A DNA stretch of 28,583 nucleotides from Candidatus Thorarchaeota archaeon (lineage in GTDB: Archaea; Asgardarchaeota; Thorarchaeia; Thorarchaeales; Thorarchaeaceae): assembly GCA_048884785.1 (NCBI GenBank), contig JBHLQM010000047.1, positions 1 through 28,583 on the forward strand. The letters run 5' to 3'. The translations under genes were made by a program, and so were the position numbers. Position 1 is the first letter of the stretch. Every line of letters starts with the position of its first letter. Below are positions 24,705-28,583 of the stretch, one piece after another. The notes below the pieces were generated by a model. The model saw only the letters and a list, made by a program, of their open reading frames with translations, searched no databases and was not told where the DNA came from.

Positions 24705-26174
24705 TTGCCATCAACATTTCTCAAAGCATTATCACCAATGGTAAGAATAATGCCTGAAGTAAAGACGCCAGATAGAGAAGTGTCATTCAGAGAGAAAATC
24801 ATCTGGACCGCAGTGGTCCTGATCATTTTCCTCATAATGAGTCACCTACCTCTCTATGGTGTTGACAAACAGGCTGGAACTGACTATCTCTGGGCCATGC
24901 GAGTCATTCTCGCAAGTACACGAGGCACACTGATGGAGCTTGGCATAGGACCTATAGTTACTGCAGGACTGGTGATGCAGCTCCTCTCAGGCTCAAAGAT
25001 CATCAACGTAGACTTTGGAGACCCCGAGGACCGTGCCCTCTTCACCGGAGGTCAGAAAGTACTCGCCATGTTAATGACTGCCTTCCAAGCGATCGCCTAC
25101 ATTCTCGGCAATGCCTACGGGACACTAAGTCCTGAACAGGCTGTCATTGTCTTTCTGCAGCTCTTCTTCTCAGGAATCATTGTGATTCTCATGGATGAGC
25201 TGATCCAGAAGGGCTGGGGACTTGGTTCAGGTGTTTCGCTGTTCATCATGACCAACGTTGCAGGACAGGTCATGTATAACATGTTCAACGTGATTGAGGT
25301 CAGTGACGACTCCCTTCCAAAGGGCATTATCGCCGCGATGATATCCAATCTGCTCCGTTTCATGGGCATTGGTGTCAGCGAAGTTCAACCCGTTGTTGAT
25401 GCTGGATGGCTCTTTGCAAGGAACGGATTTGACCCAAGTATGCTGGCGCTGATTGTGACATTCGTCATATTCGCGGCTGTTCTCTATATGGAGAGCGTGC
25501 GTATCGAGATACCATTACAGTACGCCAAGTACAGAGGTATGAAGGCACGGTACCCCATCAAACTGCTGTATACTTCAAACATCCCAGTAATTCTGGCGCA
25601 GGCACTATATGCGAATATAATTTTCTTCGGGCAGATTGTCTGGAATTCCTTTAATCCATTAGGCACCAATCCATTCCTGAATGTCCTCGGGATGTATGAG
25701 ACAATAGACGGAAGAATGATAGCCACATCGGGTCTTGCTAGATACATCACTCCACCACAAGGGATTTTTGCTATTATAACCGAATCCGATGGGCTTCTCC
25801 ATGTCATCATATACTCCTTACTCATGATATTCCTCTGTTGGGGCTTCTCGAAAATTTGGGTTGATATCAGTGGCATAGCTCCCCGCGATGTTTCCAGACA
25901 GCTCCTGAACTCAGGATATATCGTTCCTGGTTTCAGAAGGAGCGAGAAGGTCCTTGAGAGACTACTTGAGAGGTACATCCCCATAGTCGCAGGGCTTGGT
26001 GGATTCCTTGTGGGTGTTCTAGCCGCTGCAGCAGATGTCATGGGTGCGCTTGCCAGTGGGACCGGAATACTGCTGATGGTTTCTATCATTAAGCAGTACT
26101 ACGAGCAGATAGCAAAAGAGCAGCTCAAGCAGATGGGCGGCGAGGGCGTCCAAGGCCTTCTTGGAATTCTGTAG
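24705..26174 (+). CDS. secY: Preprotein translocase subunit SecY/Sec61alpha
   Basis: PEVK.P, GTLMELGIGPIVTAG, KGWGLGSGVSLFI, YPIKLLYTSNIP, PGFR, RYIP and SGTGILL. Confidence 0.99.
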   Translation: MPSTFLKALSPMVRIMPEVKTPDREVSFREKIIWTAVVLIIFLIMSHLPLYGVDKQAGTDYLWAMRVILASTRGTLMELGIGPIVTAGLVMQLLSGSKIINVDFGDPEDRALFTGGQKVLAMLMTAFQAIAYILGNAYGTLSPEQAVIVFLQLFFSGIIVILMDELIQKGWGLGSGVSLFIMTNVAGQVMYNMFNVIEVSDDSLPKGIIAAMISNLLRFMGIGVSEVQPVVDAGWLFARNGFDPSMLALIVTFVIFAAVLYMESVRIEIPLQYAKYRGMKARYPIKLLYTSNIPVILAQALYANIIFFGQIVWNSFNPLGTNPFLNVLGMYETIDGRMIATSGLARYITPPQGIFAIITESDGLLHVIIYSLLMIFLCWGFSKIWVDISGIAPRDVSRQLLNSGYIVPGFRRSEKVLERLLERYIPIVAGLGGFLVGVLAAAADVMGALASGTGILLMVSIIKQYYEQIAKEQLKQMGGEGVQGLLGIL

Positions 26175-26183
26175 AGTATCGAT

Positions 26184-26217
26184 GAGGGGTCTCGGCCCCT
26201 CTTCCTTCCTTTTCTTT
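26184..26217 (+). terminator. Hairpin plus pyrimidine-rich terminator after secY
   Basis: GAGGGGT-CTCG-GCCCCTC stem followed by TTCCTTCCTTTTCTTT. Confidence 0.75.
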
Positions 26218-26289
26218 GTACTTCTGTCATTCTAAAACTAGATTTTAATCCTCATGCAGCGTCTATAGGACATGAAGAGGGCAAGCTGA

Positions 26290-26541
26290 TTGAGGACTAG
26301 AAGTGTTTCCGTAATCTTGCTTATTACAATCATCTTCACATTCTTGCTTCCGGCTTTAGTGCAAGCTCCGCCTCTATGGACATATTTCAAAATTGGCTCT
26401 CCCATTGATGTGGATGATAATATGACCATGAATATGGCCAATGTTACAGTAGATATCACCCCGACGACGGATGAGACTGAGTCCTATCTCACAAGTGCCA
26501 AAGTAAATGTGCCTGTTATGCCTAGAACTCATGTTGTTTGA
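26290..26541 (+). pseudogene. Truncated N-terminus of a secreted/surface protein
   Basis: Signal peptide (basic n-region, hydrophobic core, VQA cleavage site) and NMT/NVT sequons; the ORF then runs into the convergent permease. Confidence 0.45.
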
Positions 26542-27265
26542 ATCTATACACAGCCAATACAACCAATATCGCCAGAATAGCTAGAGTCACTAATACTGGG
26601 TAGATTGGATATGCCTCATTATTGACTAGGCCCAACGAGACCCTAAAGAGTCCCCAGGGTCCCCATGGTCCCAAAAGCGGATCCTGACCAAGATTGACTC
26701 CAACAAATAGGAATGGAAAAGGCACTGCCATCGTTGGCCCTGGTGTGCTAAAGAACGTTCCCATGCATATGGTCAGAAATGCCAGAAACATCTGCCAAAG
26801 CGCAAGTGGCCCCAGTGATATCAGAAAGATGAAGAAGTCAGGTGCCACTCCAAACGCCGCGAAGACGAGATATGCAGCGAGTCCTGGTATGAGAATCATG
26901 GAAATGGTAAAACCAACTCCAACATGTATGAACTTAGATAGCATAAATGCAGTCCTTGATACTGGTTTGGAGAGAACCCAAGCGGCGGATCCCGACCTCT
27001 TCTCCTCCAATATGACCTCATGTGCAATGATGATTGTAGCAATCGATGGGAAGATGGTTGCCATCATGTAAAAGACTGCTAGACCAACCCCAGTATCCTG
27101 AATACCTATGGAGCCAAACAGAGCAAGAACAAGACTCCATAACAGTCCTTGTTGCCACCAAGTTTTAGAGCCAAACCATGTCTTGAGTTCTTTCTTCACT
27201 AAGGTGGAGAATCCCATCCTCCATCCTGATTCGGTGACTGGCTCAAACGCATCCCTATTGGTCAT
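26522..27265 (-). CDS. ABC-2 type transporter permease
   Basis: KKEL and EKRSGSAAWVLSKPVSR...LSKF motifs, ~6 TM segments; overlaps the ATPase stop. Confidence 0.9.
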   Translation of the reverse strand: MTNRDAFEPVTESGWRMGFSTLVKKELKTWFGSKTWWQQGLLWSLVLALFGSIGIQDTGVGLAVFYMMATIFPSIATIIIAHEVILEEKRSGSAAWVLSKPVSRTAFMLSKFIHVGVGFTISMILIPGLAAYLVFAAFGVAPDFFIFLISLGPLALWQMFLAFLTICMGTFFSTPGPTMAVPFPFLFVGVNLGQDPLLGPWGPWGLFRVSLGLVNNEAYPIYPVLVTLAILAILVVLAVYRFKQHEF

Positions 27266-28217
27266 TATTACTTCCCTCCACTAGTCTCATGAATATCTCT
27301 TCAAGTTCATATTGCTTGAGTCCGAAATCCAAGACATCAATTCCATCATCAGCCAAAATAGTCCTGAGCAGTTTTTTCTTTGCCATTGAATTGTCATTGA
27401 CATCTACTATCCAGTGGACTCTCCCTCTATCTTCTCTGACAGATACTGAGTTTACCCATGGTTCTTTTGAGAGGCGAGTGTAGGCAGATTGTGTATTTCC
27501 TTCAAGATCAACGGTATAGGCTACTCCTTCACTTCCTGCAAGAAGCTCTTCAATGGATGCCTGAGCAATCAGATTTCCTTTGTTCAGAATGGCCACTCTA
27601 TCACTAACTCGCTGGACATCATCAAGTATGTGAGTGCTGTAGAAAATTGTAGATTCAGAGCGGAGAGACTCCATTATCTTCAATACTTGCTCCCTTCCTT
27701 CTGGGTCCAATCCTGCTGCTGGTTCATCTAATATCAGCAAATCTGGGAAGTTTATCTGAGCCTGAGCAATACCCAGTCGCTGCATCTCCCCTCCAGAAAA
27801 ACCCTCTATCGGTCGGTCAGATTTCTCTTCGAGTCCAACAACATCTAGAAGGTATTCTATTCTTTCCTCAATCTTGTCCTCTGGACCTTTAAAGAACAGA
27901 CTGGCTGCGAAACGCATTGTTTCTCTAGCAGAGAGTTCCTTGTAGAATTTTGGCTGCTGTGCCAAGTAGCCAACATTCCTTCTAATCTGGTCATTGTCTG
28001 ATACTATGTTCCGTCCAAGTACTGTTGCACTGCCACTAGTGGGTTTGGTTAGACCCAGCAAAAGCTTGATTGTAGTCGTCTTTCCTGCTCCATTAGGTCC
28101 GAGAAAGGCGAAAATTGAATTCTTGGGAACCTTCAAGTCCAGTCCCGCTAACGCCTTGACATCTCCATAGGATTTACCAAGGTTTTGTGTTTGAATGACA
28201 TATGACTCTGCGGCCAT
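27255..28217 (-). CDS. ABC transporter ATP-binding protein (ATG 28217 preferred; ORF open to 28298)
   Basis: Walker A GPNGAGKTT, signature FSGGEMQR, Walker B LILDEP and H-loop STH. Confidence 0.96.
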   Translation of the reverse strand: MAAESYVIQTQNLGKSYGDVKALAGLDLKVPKNSIFAFLGPNGAGKTTTIKLLLGLTKPTSGSATVLGRNIVSDNDQIRRNVGYLAQQPKFYKELSARETMRFAASLFFKGPEDKIEERIEYLLDVVGLEEKSDRPIEGFSGGEMQRLGIAQAQINFPDLLILDEPAAGLDPEGREQVLKIMESLRSESTIFYSTHILDDVQRVSDRVAILNKGNLIAQASIEELLAGSEGVAYTVDLEGNTQSAYTRLSKEPWVNSVSVREDRGRVHWIVDVNDNSMAKKKLLRTILADDGIDVLDFGLKQYELEEIFMRLVEGSNNDQ

Positions 28218-28371
28218 ATCACTTGCTCTCCATCTCTTGTATAGTTCGACGCCCATCCAGATTTTCGAATATAAGTGCGATGATATAACTGCGGTCACTT
28301 TATGTCAGCAAGAATATACATCGTGTTGCGGTTGTGACTCTCTTTTTAATAACATCAATCAATTCCTAAAT

Positions 28372-28551
28372 ATGGTTCTAGTGAAAGACAAATACCTGAT
28401 TCCAATTGGAGTGTTATGCTTGGCCTTTGCAATTCTGGTTGATAGGTTTCTCCCGCAGGATTCTGTAACATCCTTCTTGGTTGGTGTTCTTACTGGAATA
28501 TCCATTGTCACAAATCTGGTTGGGCTATATCGAGAAGGACGCAAGCTATAA
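28372..28551 (+). CDS. Small two-TM membrane protein
   Basis: 59 aa with two hydrophobic helices; TTTTTAAT box ~25 nt before ATG 28372 (probably leaderless). Confidence 0.6.
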   Translation: MVLVKDKYLIPIGVLCLAFAILVDRFLPQDSVTSFLVGVLTGISIVTNLVGLYREGRKL

Positions 28552-28583
28552 ACATCCTCCCGCCTGATATTGAACTGCAATGA

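Noticed and set aside
25484-26089. 201-aa minus-strand ORF
   Set aside because: Antisense shadow of secY
28195-28371. N-terminal half of the 118-aa ORF (CCGC-containing)
   Set aside because: It overlaps the ABC ATPase start and the divergent promoter region; a TATA box supports ATG 28372
1-28583. tRNA, rRNA, CRISPR arrays, IS elements and canonical C/D box sRNAs
   Set aside because: No cloverleaf, spaced direct repeats, transposase motifs or RUGAUGA/CUGA pairs were recognised in intergenic DNA by eye

Overview
Archaeal genomic DNA, most likely an Asgard archaeon (Thorarchaeia-like; this is inferred from archaeal/eukaryote-type ribosomal proteins, GGAGG/GAGGTG Shine-Dalgarno sites, TATA promoters and the accessory gene types). 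There are four zones. (1) 1-10.5 kb: accessory small-molecule modification and detox genes (MBL hydrolase, GyrI-like protein, two convergent paralogous tandem-GNATs, APH-like kinase, Zn alcohol dehydrogenase, DinB), plus isolated mobA and hypD. (2) 10.6-14.3 kb: mostly uncharacterised genes rich in nucleic-acid-binding folds: a small HTH protein, DUF211, a single-repeat TFB/cyclin-fold protein without a Zn ribbon, a coiled-coil protein, a 2x[4Fe-4S] ferredoxin, a Zn-ribbon plus tandem winged-helix protein, and a wHTH protein. (3) 14.5-26.2 kb: the S10/spc-type ribosomal protein cluster from uL22 to uL15, then secY. It has a long structured leader, an Hsp20 gene between uL30 and uL15, an HhH-eL32 fusion, and charged tails on uS3, eL32 and uL18. 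uS14 is missing from the ORF track and was read manually. (4) 26.2-28.6 kb: a truncated secreted-protein remnant, an ABC-2 exporter pair and a small membrane protein. No tRNA, rRNA, CRISPR array or transposase was recognised. All family calls come from reading motifs by eye, not from database searches.
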